Positions 9,850 through 18,912 of a stretch of DNA of 64,000 bases are shown piece by piece. This stretch comes from an uncultured Pseudolysinimonas sp. Its GTDB lineage: Bacteria; Actinomycetota; Actinomycetes; Actinomycetales; Microbacteriaceae. Position numbers and translations under genes: made by a program. The stretch spans positions 8,495 to 72,494 of the forward strand of contig CBFGZU010000001.1 of NCBI GenBank assembly GCA_965653335.1. The letters are read 5' to 3'. The notes under the pieces are model-generated. The model was not told where the DNA came from. It saw only the letters and a program-made list of their open reading frames with translations, and did no database searches. The first letter of the stretch is position 1; every line of letters begins with the position of its first letter.

Positions 9850-11124
9850 GTGGAACTCATCCTGCTCGGCGTCGCGATCACCGTGCTACTCCTGTTGCGC
9901 GTGCCCGTCGCGTTCGCCTTCATCGGGCCGTCGCTCGTCTACATGCTCATCATCGGACAGTCGCTCGGCGGCGCCGTGCGACAGATCACCAATGCCGCGG
10001 GCAGCTTCCCCCTGCTGGCGGTCCCGCTCTTCATCTTCCTCGGAGCGCTCGCGAACCACACCGGGATGGCAGAGCGGCTGTTCCGCTTCGCGCACGCGCT
10101 GCTCGCCCCGGTACGCGGCGGCCTCGGTTACGTCGTCGTCGGAACGAGCGTCGGCTTCTCCTGGATGAGCGGCTCGGCCGTCGCCGACGCCGCCGCGCTC
10201 GGCAAGGTGCAGATCCCGGCGATGCTCCGCGCGGGCTACGGCCGGCGTTTCGCGACCGGGCTCTCCTCGTCGGCGGCGCTCATCGCGCCCGTCATGCCCC
10301 CGAGCATCCCGGCAGTCATCTTCGCCGGCCTCGCCGCGACCTCCACCGGCGCGCTGTTCGCCGCCTCGGTCATTCCGGCGCTCATCATGGCGGCAGGGTT
10401 GTGCGTCGTCGTGTTCATCCTGGTGCGGCGCAATTCCGCGATCACGTCGGAGAAATTCGACGCGAAAGAACTCGTCGCGTCGGTCAAAGCCGTCCTGCTC
10501 GCGCTCCTCACGCCGGTCATCATCCTCGGCGGCATCCTCGGCGGGCTGTTCACGCCGACCGAGGCGGCGGCCGTGGGAGCGGCGTATGTGCTGATCATCG
10601 CGATCATCCAGCGTGCCGTGACCTGGAAGGTGCTCGGCGCCGCCGTGCGGGAGACGATCATGACGACGGCGGGCATCATGCTCATCGTCACCTCCGCGTC
10701 GCTGCTCGGCTACATCCTCGCGCTCGAAAAGCTCCCGCAGATCATCACCGAACTCGTCTTCTCGTTCACGAGCAGCGCCACCGTCTTCCTGATCCTGGTC
10801 GCGATTCTCGTCCTGGTGCTCGGCACCGCGATCGACGCCACCGCGATCCTCGTTCTCTGCGTGCCGATCCTGCTGCCGATCGCGGCGTCCTACGACGTGC
10901 ATCCGATCGTGCTCGGCGTCGTAGTCATCGTCTCGAACATGATCGGGCTGCTCACGCCGCCGGTCGGAACCGTGCTGTTCGTGACCGCGTCGATCTCGAA
11001 CACGAAGGTCGGCGAAGTGTTCCGCGGCTCGCTGCCGTTCCTCATCCCGTCGCTCGTCGTCGTCGCCCTCGCGATCGCCTTCCCCGACGCCGTGCTCTGG
11101 CTGCCTCGGGTGCTCGGGCTATGA
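9850..11124 (+). CDS. TRAP transporter large permease (DctM)
   Basis: SFPLLAVPLF, SGSAVADAAA, MPPSIP, FTPTEAAA, GLLTPPVG. Confidence 0.93.
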   Translation: MELILLGVAITVLLLLRVPVAFAFIGPSLVYMLIIGQSLGGAVRQITNAAGSFPLLAVPLFIFLGALANHTGMAERLFRFAHALLAPVRGGLGYVVVGTSVGFSWMSGSAVADAAALGKVQIPAMLRAGYGRRFATGLSSSAALIAPVMPPSIPAVIFAGLAATSTGALFAASVIPALIMAAGLCVVVFILVRRNSAITSEKFDAKELVASVKAVLLALLTPVIILGGILGGLFTPTEAAAVGAAYVLIIAIIQRAVTWKVLGAAVRETIMTTAGIMLIVTSASLLGYILALEKLPQIITELVFSFTSSATVFLILVAILVLVLGTAIDATAILVLCVPILLPIAASYDVHPIVLGVVVIVSNMIGLLTPPVGTVLFVTASISNTKVGEVFRGSLPFLIPSLVVVALAIAFPDAVLWLPRVLGL

Positions 11125-12020
11125 CGATCGAGATCCCGCGCGCGGCGCGCCCCCGCACAATCCTCGTCGGGCTCATCGGCGAGGGCGTCGCCCCGTCGCT
11201 GTCGCCGTCGATGCACGAGCTCGAGGGAGCCCGCCACGGGATCCACTACGTCTACCGCACGATCGACCTCGAGGCGGGCGAGGGCACCGAGGATGGCGTC
11301 GCGCGGCTCCTGGAATCGGCGCGCCGGCTCGGGTTCGACGGGCTCAACATCACGCATCCGGTCAAGCAGACGATCATCCCGCTGCTCGACGAACTCACGC
11401 CGAGCGCCCGTTCGGTCGGCGCGGTCAACACCGTGCTCTTCGGCCCTGCCGGGGCGACGGGCCACAACACCGACGTGACCGGTTTCGGCGCCGCGTTCGA
11501 TGAGATCCTGGGCGACGCGCCGCGCGGCCGCGTCGTGCTGCTGGGGGCGGGTGGCGCGGGTTCCGCGGTCGCCACAGCTCTCGCCGAGCGGTCGATCGCC
11601 CACTTGGTGATCGTCGACGTCGACGTCGACCGCGCGGCGCTTCTCGCTCGGCAGACCGGGGCGTTCGCTGCTTCCCTCGGCGACCTGCCGCACCTGCTCG
11701 CGGCCGCCGATGGCCTAGTCAACGCCACGCCGTCCGGGATGGCCGCGCACCCCGAGGCACCGGTCGACCTCGACTTGCTCGCACCCCCCGCCTGGGTCGC
11801 CGACATCGTCTACCGTCCCGCGGAGACCGCGCTGCTTGCCGCGGCCCGCGCCACCGGCCGTCGCGTCATGAGCGGCCTCGGGATGGCGATGCATCAAGCC
11901 GCGGACGCATTCGAGATCTTCACCGGCGAACGTGCCGATCGGCAGGCGATGCTCGCCGACCTCGCCGAAATGGTCGCCGCCGAGGCGATCCCCACCGACT
12001 CAACACCCATCCATCACTGA
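11121..12020 (+). CDS. Quinate/shikimate dehydrogenase (AroE family)
   Basis: SLSPSMH, GLNITHPVKQ, GAVNTV, GHNTD, GAGGAG, NATPSGM; ATGA overlap with dctM. Confidence 0.92.
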   Translation: MTIEIPRAARPRTILVGLIGEGVAPSLSPSMHELEGARHGIHYVYRTIDLEAGEGTEDGVARLLESARRLGFDGLNITHPVKQTIIPLLDELTPSARSVGAVNTVLFGPAGATGHNTDVTGFGAAFDEILGDAPRGRVVLLGAGGAGSAVATALAERSIAHLVIVDVDVDRAALLARQTGAFAASLGDLPHLLAAADGLVNATPSGMAAHPEAPVDLDLLAPPAWVADIVYRPAETALLAAARATGRRVMSGLGMAMHQAADAFEIFTGERADRQAMLADLAEMVAAEAIPTDSTPIHH

Positions 12021-12032
12021 GAGGAGCAACAC

Positions 12033-13052
12033 ATGGCAATACGCTCACGCAAGGTCGCGCTGGTCGCCCTTGCCGCCGTGCCGGCACTGCTGCTGGCCGC
12101 CTGCGGAACCGCGGGCGACGACGCCCCCGAGGTCGAGGAGCAGGAGTTCACGCTCAAGCTCGCGCACTCGTACACCGATGACCAGCCGCAAGCCGAGTGC
12201 GGCGCGCAGGTGATCGCCGATGAGGTCGCCGCGGCCGACGTCGGGCTGACGATCGAGATCTTCGGTACGAGCCAGCTCGGCGGGGACGCCGACCGGATCG
12301 CGTCCGTCGTCTCGGGCGACATCGACATCGACATCCAGGGGGCCTCGGCTCTCGGCGCGGTGTATGAACCGATCAGCGTGATGGACGCGGCGTTCGGCTT
12401 CGACGACGCCGACCACCTCGCGGCGTTCATGGCGAGCGACGAGTCGGACGTGCTCGTGCAGGGCTTCGCCGACGCGACCGGAGTGCAAACGCTCGGCGCC
12501 TGGTCGGCGGGGGCGCGTCACTTCACCGCCAACGTCCCGATCACCGAGCCCGCGGACCTCGAAGGACTGCGGATGCGGTTCCCCGGTTCGCCGCAGTTCC
12601 TGCTCAATGCGAAGGCGCTCGGCGCGACAGCGACCGAGGTCGCCTACGAGGAGCTCTACCTCGCGTTGCAGCAGGGCCTCGTCGACGGTCAGGAGAACCC
12701 GATCACCAACCTCGTCGCCCTCAACCTCCCCGAGGTGCAGGACTACGTGAGCCTTTCCGCCCACCAGCTCAACACGAACCTCGTGATCATGAGCTCGAAG
12801 TGGACGGAGCTCAGCGAGCGCCAGCAGGAGGCCCTCGCTGCCGCGGTCGACACGGCGGTCGCGTCGGTCACCGAGTGCGTCATCGACAGCGAGGAGACCA
12901 CCCTCGAGGAGTGGCGCTCGGGTGACGCGTGGGAGGTCATCGAGGATGTCGACCGCGACGCCTTCTCGGAGCAGGCCGAGGAGTTCTTCCTCGGCGAGTT
13001 CACCGGGGAGAAGCTCGCGGCCTACGAGGCGATCCGCGCCACGGCGGACTGA
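12033..13052 (+). CDS. TRAP substrate-binding lipoprotein (DctP)
   Basis: Lipobox LLAAC, DLEGLRMR, ELYLALQQGLVDGQENP. Confidence 0.92.
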   Translation: MAIRSRKVALVALAAVPALLLAACGTAGDDAPEVEEQEFTLKLAHSYTDDQPQAECGAQVIADEVAAADVGLTIEIFGTSQLGGDADRIASVVSGDIDIDIQGASALGAVYEPISVMDAAFGFDDADHLAAFMASDESDVLVQGFADATGVQTLGAWSAGARHFTANVPITEPADLEGLRMRFPGSPQFLLNAKALGATATEVAYEELYLALQQGLVDGQENPITNLVALNLPEVQDYVSLSAHQLNTNLVIMSSKWTELSERQQEALAAAVDTAVASVTECVIDSEETTLEEWRSGDAWEVIEDVDRDAFSEQAEEFFLGEFTGEKLAAYEAIRATAD

Positions 13053-13055
13053 CCG

Positions 13056-14033
13056 GTGCCGCTCGTGCGTCGCGTTCCCACCCTCACCGGTGAGGTCGCG
13101 GCGCACGAGCTCGGTCCGACGCTCGTGCACGAACACATCTTCGTGACGAGTCCCGACCTCGATCGCGACCTGCCGCATCCCGAATGGAACGAAGAGGTCG
13201 CGATCGACACGGCCGTCGCCGGCCTCGAGCGCCTTTACGACCTCGGGGTGCGCACCATCGTCGACCTGACGGTGCCCGGCCTGGGTCGCGACGTGGCCCG
13301 GGTGGCGCGCGTCGCACGCCGCACCCGGGTGCTGATCGTCGGCGCCACGGGCTACTACGCCGACGCGGTGCTGCCGCCGGCGCTGCGGCTCAACGGCCCG
13401 GGCCTGCTCGTCGACGGACCCGACCCGCTCGTCGAGCTATTCGCCGGCGACATCGAGCACGGCATCGCCGGCACCGGGATCCGCGCCGGGATGATCAAGG
13501 TGCTCTCCGACCGGGCCGGCATCACCCCCGACGTGGAGCGGATCTTCCGGGCCGCGGCGATCACTCACGCCCGCACCGGCGTGCCGATCACGACCCACAG
13601 TCACGCGGCATCCCGCGGCGGTCTCGCCCAGCAGGAGCTGCTGCGCCGGCTCGACGTGCCGCTCGGCCGGGTCGTCATCGGTCATGCGGGAGACTCCGAC
13701 GACCTCCGCTACCTGACGGCGCTCGCGGAGGCCGGCTCGTATGTCGGATTCGACAGGTTCGGGATGGCGCACACCGGGTCGGACGAGACCCGGACCAGGA
13801 TGCTGCTCGCCCTCCTCGACGCCGGACACCTCGACCGCATCCTGCTCTCGCACGACGCCGCCTTCTTCAGCCGGGTCACGCCGCCCTCGTGGCGGGCAGT
13901 CCACGCCCCCGACTGGCGGATGGATCACCTCCACACGACCGTGCTCCCGCGGCTCCGCGCCGCCGGGCTCGGCGCCGACGAGGAACGCCGGCTGCTCGTC
14001 GACAATCCCCGCCGGCTGCTGGCCGGGGCGTGA
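13056..14033 (+). CDS. Phosphotriesterase-family amidohydrolase (PTE-like lactonase)
   Basis: TLVHEHI, TIVDLT..GLGRD, ATGYY, conserved Lys in GMIKV, TTHS, GHAG, LSHD, NPRR. Confidence 0.88.
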   Translation: MPLVRRVPTLTGEVAAHELGPTLVHEHIFVTSPDLDRDLPHPEWNEEVAIDTAVAGLERLYDLGVRTIVDLTVPGLGRDVARVARVARRTRVLIVGATGYYADAVLPPALRLNGPGLLVDGPDPLVELFAGDIEHGIAGTGIRAGMIKVLSDRAGITPDVERIFRAAAITHARTGVPITTHSHAASRGGLAQQELLRRLDVPLGRVVIGHAGDSDDLRYLTALAEAGSYVGFDRFGMAHTGSDETRTRMLLALLDAGHLDRILLSHDAAFFSRVTPPSWRAVHAPDWRMDHLHTTVLPRLRAAGLGADEERRLLVDNPRRLLAGA

Positions 14034-14070
14034 GATCGCCCAGAACCGCAAGCGACCCTATGGTGAGACC

Positions 14071-14709
14071 ATGACCGACGAGCGCGTCCGCATCCGTGAC
14101 GCGGAGCGCACTCGCGCCGAACTGCTCGACGTCGCGACGGCGGCCTTCGCCGAGTCGGGTTTCTCGGGCACGCGCGTCGACGACATCGCCGAGCGCACGA
14201 GCACGACGAAGCGGATGATCTACTACTACTTCGGCGGCAAGGAGCAGCTCTACCTCGCCGTGCTCGAGAAGGCGTATCGCGGCATCCGCGAGGCGGAGCA
14301 GCAGCAGCACGTGGGCGACCTCCCGCCCACCGAGGCGGTGCGGCGCATCGCCGAGCTCACCTACGACCACCACCTCGCGCACAGCGACTTCATCCGGCTG
14401 GTCTCGATCGAGAACATTCACCGGGGCGAGTACATCCGCCGACTCGGCTCGCTGCGGGAGCTGAACCAGCCGGCCCTCAACGTGCTCGACGATGTGCTCG
14501 AACGCGGGCGCCGAGCGGGGTTCTTCCGATCGGATGTTGACGCCCTCGACGTGCACCTCGTGATCAGTTCCTACTGCTTCTTCCAGGTCGCGAACCAGTA
14601 CACGTTCGGTTACCTGTTCGACCGCGACCTGCTCGACCCGGCACGACGCGATCACCTGCGCGGCATGATCGGCGATGTCATCGTCGCCTGGTTGACGGCG
14701 ACGAGTTAG
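14071..14709 (+). CDS. TetR-family transcriptional regulator
   Basis: FAESGFSGTRVDDIAERTSTTKRMIYYYFGGKEQLY; TATGGT 6 nt before the ATG (leaderless). Confidence 0.92.
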   Translation: MTDERVRIRDAERTRAELLDVATAAFAESGFSGTRVDDIAERTSTTKRMIYYYFGGKEQLYLAVLEKAYRGIREAEQQQHVGDLPPTEAVRRIAELTYDHHLAHSDFIRLVSIENIHRGEYIRRLGSLRELNQPALNVLDDVLERGRRAGFFRSDVDALDVHLVISSYCFFQVANQYTFGYLFDRDLLDPARRDHLRGMIGDVIVAWLTATS

Positions 14710-14810
14710 CGGCGGGTCGATTTTCGCCGCCGGCGCTCCCTTGCGGACGACGTGTTCGGGTGCCTCTCGACCGGCGACGCGCAATGGTCTTCTTTGCGGT
14801 CCGCGGAGTT

Positions 14811-14879
14811 CAAAACTCAGGCTGGATGCCCTGTTCCGACGCTTTCGGCGAGCACCGCGCGCATCCAGCCTGAGTTCTG
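14811..14879. repeat. REP-like palindromic element with perfect 16-bp arms
   Basis: AACTCAGGCTGGATGC (14814-14829) and GCATCCAGCCTGAGTT (14861-14876), 31-nt spacer; between convergent genes. Confidence 0.8.
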
Positions 14880-14893
14880 CGCAGCCCCCGCAC

Positions 14894-17347
14894 CTAGCGG
14901 AGTCGCGCCGAGACGGGAGGCGTCGAAGGGACGAGGGAGGGCCGGGCCGGCACAGTGTGCACGCCGGAGGGCAGCGCGGGACGTTCGAGCGAAGCGCCCT
15001 CGACATCGACGTCGGGAAGGATGCGGTCGAGCCACCTCGGCAGCCACCAGGCCGACCGGCCGAGCAGGTGCATGAGCGCCGGCATGAGCAGCAGCCGCAC
15101 GACGAAAGCGTCGAACAGCACGCCCACCGCCATCCCGAAGCCGAGCGGGCGGATCATCGCGAGGTGGCTGAACATGAAGCCGCCGAAAACGGCGATCATG
15201 ATGATCGCCGCCGCGGTGACGACGGCTCGGGCTTCCCGCACACCGGCGACGACCGCCGCGCGGGCCGACGCCCCATGCACGAAGGCTTCGCGCATCCCCG
15301 ACGCGATGAAGAGCTGGTAGTCCATCGCGAGACCGAACAGCACCCCGACGAGGATGACGGGTGCGAAGTTGAGCACCGGCCCCGGGTCGTGCACGCCGAA
15401 CACCTCGCCGAACCAGCCCCACTGGTAGATCGCGGTGACGGCGCCGAGGGCCGCGAAGAACGACAACAGAAAGCCGCCGGTCGCGATGAGCGGCACGAGC
15501 AGCGACCGGAACACGACGACCATGATGAGGATCGACAACCCGATCACGACCGCGAGGTAGATCGGGAGCGCATCGGCGAGTGCGGCGGAGATGTCGATGT
15601 TGCCGCTCGCCTGTCCGGCGACGCCGAGGTCGATCGGTCCGCTCTCTGCGGAGTCGAGAGGCGAGAGCGCCCGCAGGTCGGCGACGAGTTCTTCCGTCGA
15701 CACGCTCGACGGACCGTCGTCGGGGATGACCTGAAAGGCGAGCAGCCCGCCGTCATCCGCGACCCCGACCGGGGCGACGGCGGCGACGTCGGACTGCGCC
15801 ATGAGCACATCCTCGATCTGCACCTGCAGCCGTAGCACCGCGAGGTGGTCGCCGGTGTCGACCGCGGTCGTCGGCTCCGCAGTCACGACGAGGGAGCCGT
15901 TGCGACCCGCGCCGAACTCCTCGGCGACAATTGTGTACGCCCGGTATTGCGTCGAGTCCTCGGTTTCGCTCGAGCCGTCAGGCAGGCCGAGGCGCAGCGA
16001 CAGCGCCGGGATCGCGGCGATCAGCAGGATGCCGATGGCGAGCACCGCCGATACGATCGCACGCCAGGTGGGCATCGGCTTGGGTGCGGTGACGATGTGG
16101 TCGGGATACCCGATTTTCTCCCGGGCGCGCTTGGGCAGCACGCGCGTGCCGACGAGCCCGAGTAGCGCGGGAGTGAGGGTGATCGCGACGAGCACGGCGA
16201 TGAGCACGCTCACCGCGCCAACGGTTCCCATGATGCCGAGGAACGGGATGCCGGTGACATTGAGCGCGAGCAGCGCGATGAAGACGGTCGACCCGGCGAA
16301 TACGACGGCATTGCCCGCAGTGCCGTTCGCGAGCCGGATGGATTCGCGCATGTCGGCGCCCTCGCGCAACTGGCGCCGGTGTCGGTTGATGATGAAGAGC
16401 GCGTAGTCGATGCCGACCGCGAGTCCGAGCATGACGCCGAGCACGGGGGTGACCGAGGCCATCTCGACGACTCCCGAGAATGCGAGCGATCCGGCGACAC
16501 CGACTCCCACCCCGACGAGCGACGACAGCAGCGGCAGCACGGCCGGCAGTAGTGCCCCGAACACGATCACGAGCACGACCGCGGCGATAAGCACGCCGAC
16601 GACTTCGCCGACGCCGAGGAGCCCGCCGAGGGAGTTCGTCAACTCGGATGAGTACGAGAGGTCGACGCCGTCGATTCCGGCGTCGTCGAGGGCCGTCGAG
16701 ACGGCGAGCCGGTCGGCCGGCTCGAGATCGAAGAGGGTCTCGTCGAACACGACGGCGCCGATCGCCGTGGCTCCGTCGGCCGAGATCGTGACGAGAGAGC
16801 TCGCGTTGTCGGCGAGAGTCGTCGCGAGGTCGACGTGTTCGTGCTGCACGTCGAGCTGCGCCTGCTGCTGGGCGAACTGCGCGGCGAGGGCGTCGCCCAT
16901 CCCGGCGGCCTCGGCCTGATCTCGCCCGGCGTCGAGCTGTTGCTGCGCGGCATCCAGTTGGGCGCGGGCATCTGCCAGCTGCTGACTTTGCGCCGCCTGC
17001 TGGTCGGCAGTAGCGAACGGGTCGACGACGTTCGCGACGTGGCCGAGGCTCGACACGTTGTCGAGCGCTTCGGCGATGCCGGCCTGCTGCGCCGCCGTGA
17101 ACGCCGAGCCGTCATCGGTCTGGAAGACGATGGTGCCCACCGCACCGCCCACACCGTCCAGCTTTTCGTTCAGGCGGTCGGTCACGGCTTGCGTCGGGGT
17201 GTTCGGGATGCTGAAGCCGCTCGCGAGGGCTCCCCCGCTGAGCAGAAAGCCACCCGCGGCGGCCGCGAGCGCGAGCACCCAGCCGATGATGACGAGCCAG
17301 GGGCGGCGAGCCGAGAAGCCGCCGAGACGGGCGAGGAGTCGAGCCAG
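14894..17347 (-). CDS. MMPL-family (RND) transporter
   Basis: GLAVGIDYALF, AVVFAGSTV, LFGLAMDYQLF, DAFVVRLLLMPA, WWLPRWLDRILP; in-frame extension to CTG 17347 restores a typical N-terminus. Confidence 0.9.
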   Translation of the reverse strand: MARLLARLGGFSARRPWLVIIGWVLALAAAAGGFLLSGGALASGFSIPNTPTQAVTDRLNEKLDGVGGAVGTIVFQTDDGSAFTAAQQAGIAEALDNVSSLGHVANVVDPFATADQQAAQSQQLADARAQLDAAQQQLDAGRDQAEAAGMGDALAAQFAQQQAQLDVQHEHVDLATTLADNASSLVTISADGATAIGAVVFDETLFDLEPADRLAVSTALDDAGIDGVDLSYSSELTNSLGGLLGVGEVVGVLIAAVVLVIVFGALLPAVLPLLSSLVGVGVGVAGSLAFSGVVEMASVTPVLGVMLGLAVGIDYALFIINRHRRQLREGADMRESIRLANGTAGNAVVFAGSTVFIALLALNVTGIPFLGIMGTVGAVSVLIAVLVAITLTPALLGLVGTRVLPKRAREKIGYPDHIVTAPKPMPTWRAIVSAVLAIGILLIAAIPALSLRLGLPDGSSETEDSTQYRAYTIVAEEFGAGRNGSLVVTAEPTTAVDTGDHLAVLRLQVQIEDVLMAQSDVAAVAPVGVADDGGLLAFQVIPDDGPSSVSTEELVADLRALSPLDSAESGPIDLGVAGQASGNIDISAALADALPIYLAVVIGLSILIMVVVFRSLLVPLIATGGFLLSFFAALGAVTAIYQWGWFGEVFGVHDPGPVLNFAPVILVGVLFGLAMDYQLFIASGMREAFVHGASARAAVVAGVREARAVVTAAAIIMIAVFGGFMFSHLAMIRPLGFGMAVGVLFDAFVVRLLLMPALMHLLGRSAWWLPRWLDRILPDVDVEGASLERPALPSGVHTVPARPSLVPSTPPVSARLR

Positions 17348-17409
17348 AGACGGACCTTCCGACGAAGTCGAGGGGAGCGGATGGGGTGCACGTCATCGGG
17401 CCGCATCAG

Positions 17410-17449
17410 GCTATCCGACACCTGTTGGATAGCGAACACTTGTCGGCTA
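17410..17449. promoter_or_regulatory. Tandem TetR-type operators between mmpL and tetR
   Basis: GCTATCCGACA-CC-TGTTGGATAGC (17410-17433) and TAGCGAACA-CT-TGTCGGCTA (17430-17449). Confidence 0.7.
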
Positions 17450-17498
17450 ACTCGCAGCAAAACGGCTCGGGTCGGGCCGGGGCTGCAATGATCGGACC

Positions 17499-18056
17499 GT
17501 GGACCCCCGGATCGCACGCACGCGCCGAAGCCTCCAGGAGGCCCTGTTCGACCTCGCCCGGGAACGCGATCTCGACGAGATCTCGGTCGCCGACATCGCC
17601 GACCGCGCCGGCGTCAACCGCAGCACCTTCTACCAGCACTACTCCGACAAGGACACGCTGCTCGCCGACGCGATCGACGCCGTCGTCGAACTCGCGGGCG
17701 CCGAGATCCCGACACCCACCGAGGTCAGCATCGATCCCCCGCCGATCCTCGTCGACTACCTCCGGCACGTCGAAGAGAACGCTGTCGTCTACACGCGCAT
17801 CTTCGGCGAGCACGGTTCGCCCGTCGCTGTCGCGCGACTGCGGGAGCGCATCCAGAAGATCGTCATCGACGCTGTCGCCAGCTCCCACGCCGACACGTTC
17901 CACGACATCCCGCCCGACGTGCTGGCGGCGGGGCTCTCAGGATCGGTGCTCGGCGTGCTCGAGGTGTGGCTCGCGCGCGACCCGCGCCCGCCGGTCGAGA
18001 CGGCCGTCGCGTGGCTCTGGAAGGTGCTGCTCGGACCTACGCCCGTCGAACGTTAG
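17499..18056 (+). CDS. TetR/AcrR-family regulator, divergent from mmpL
   Basis: ISVADIADRAGVNRSTFYQHYSDKDTLL. Confidence 0.92.
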   Translation: MDPRIARTRRSLQEALFDLARERDLDEISVADIADRAGVNRSTFYQHYSDKDTLLADAIDAVVELAGAEIPTPTEVSIDPPPILVDYLRHVEENAVVYTRIFGEHGSPVAVARLRERIQKIVIDAVASSHADTFHDIPPDVLAAGLSGSVLGVLEVWLARDPRPPVETAVAWLWKVLLGPTPVER

Positions 18057-18562
18057 AGAGCGGCGATGGTCGCGCGAGCTTCTTCCATCGTGATGTAAAG
18101 CGCGCGCGTCGAACCCGGCATGGGTGTGAATCCGAATCTCGTGTAGAAGCCGACCGCTTCTTCGTCGAGGGCGTCAACCACCAGTGCGCGAGACCCCACC
18201 AGGTTTGCGGCTTCCAGGCCCTTCGTCAGTGCGTCTCGCAGTAGTGAGTAACCCAGCCCGCGACCCGTGAACCGGGTGTCGACGGCCAAGCGTCCGATGA
18301 GGATGACAGGGATGGGATCGGGTGCGTTGCGTCGAATCGACCCCGGCATCTCCTCCCGAGTAATCGAGTGAGAACTGAGACAGTAAAAGCCCGCGATGAT
18401 GCCCGTCTCGCGCTCGATCGAGATGAACGTGCGCGAGTTCCCATCGGCCTCGTTCTTGATCGCACGCAGGTTGAGCCAGTTGTCGAGAATCTGCTTGCCG
18501 CAATTGAACGTGGAGACGTCGTCCTGCGGTGCGACCGGTCGGGGTCGGGAAAAGGAGCTCAA
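18053..18562 (-). CDS. GNAT acetyltransferase toxin (AtaT/TacT-like)
   Basis: FNCGKQILDNWL, PIPVILIGRLAVD, GRGLG..LLRDA, VDALDEEAVGFYTRFGF. Confidence 0.88.
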   Translation of the reverse strand: MSSFSRPRPVAPQDDVSTFNCGKQILDNWLNLRAIKNEADGNSRTFISIERETGIIAGFYCLSSHSITREEMPGSIRRNAPDPIPVILIGRLAVDTRFTGRGLGYSLLRDALTKGLEAANLVGSRALVVDALDEEAVGFYTRFGFTPMPGSTRALYITMEEARATIAAL

Positions 18563-18834
18563 TCGGTGAATACAGAGGGTCGCCGGAAGAGTTCAGCGAG
18601 CTCCTCAATGGGTTTGGCAGGTCGCTCGAGGATTTCGTTGAAGGCTCCCCAAGCCTCAGCGGACATCCGACGTTCGCGATCCTGCCGGATCATTTCGCTC
18701 GCCTCCTCGAGGAGAAGCGTGACCGAGAAGTCGGTTACCGATCGTCCAGCGATCGTGGCCGCCTGCTCGATCGTTCGCTTCTGATCCGATGTCAGGCGGA
18801 TCTCGATTCGTTCGTTCTTGAGTGCGGAACTCAT
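18559..18834 (-). CDS. DUF1778 ribbon-helix-helix antitoxin (AtaR/TacA-like)
   Basis: KNERIEIRLTSDQKRTIEQAA..GRSVTDF..AWGAFNEILERPAKP; overlaps the toxin start. Confidence 0.88.
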   Translation of the reverse strand: MSSALKNERIEIRLTSDQKRTIEQAATIAGRSVTDFSVTLLLEEASEMIRQDRERRMSAEAWGAFNEILERPAKPIEELAELFRRPSVFTD

Positions 18835-18843
18835 GCCTCGAAC

Positions 18844-18862
18844 GTACGGCAAATTTCCGTAC
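18844..18862. promoter_or_regulatory. Operator of the DUF1778/GNAT operon overlapping the -10 box
   Basis: Perfect GTACGG-N7-CCGTAC; minus-strand TACGTT 6 nt before ATG 18834. Confidence 0.75.
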
Positions 18863-18912
18863 ATCGCTAGGTGCTTCCGCAAGCGGCTCGTGGTCGCGCG
18901 GTTCACCCTCCG

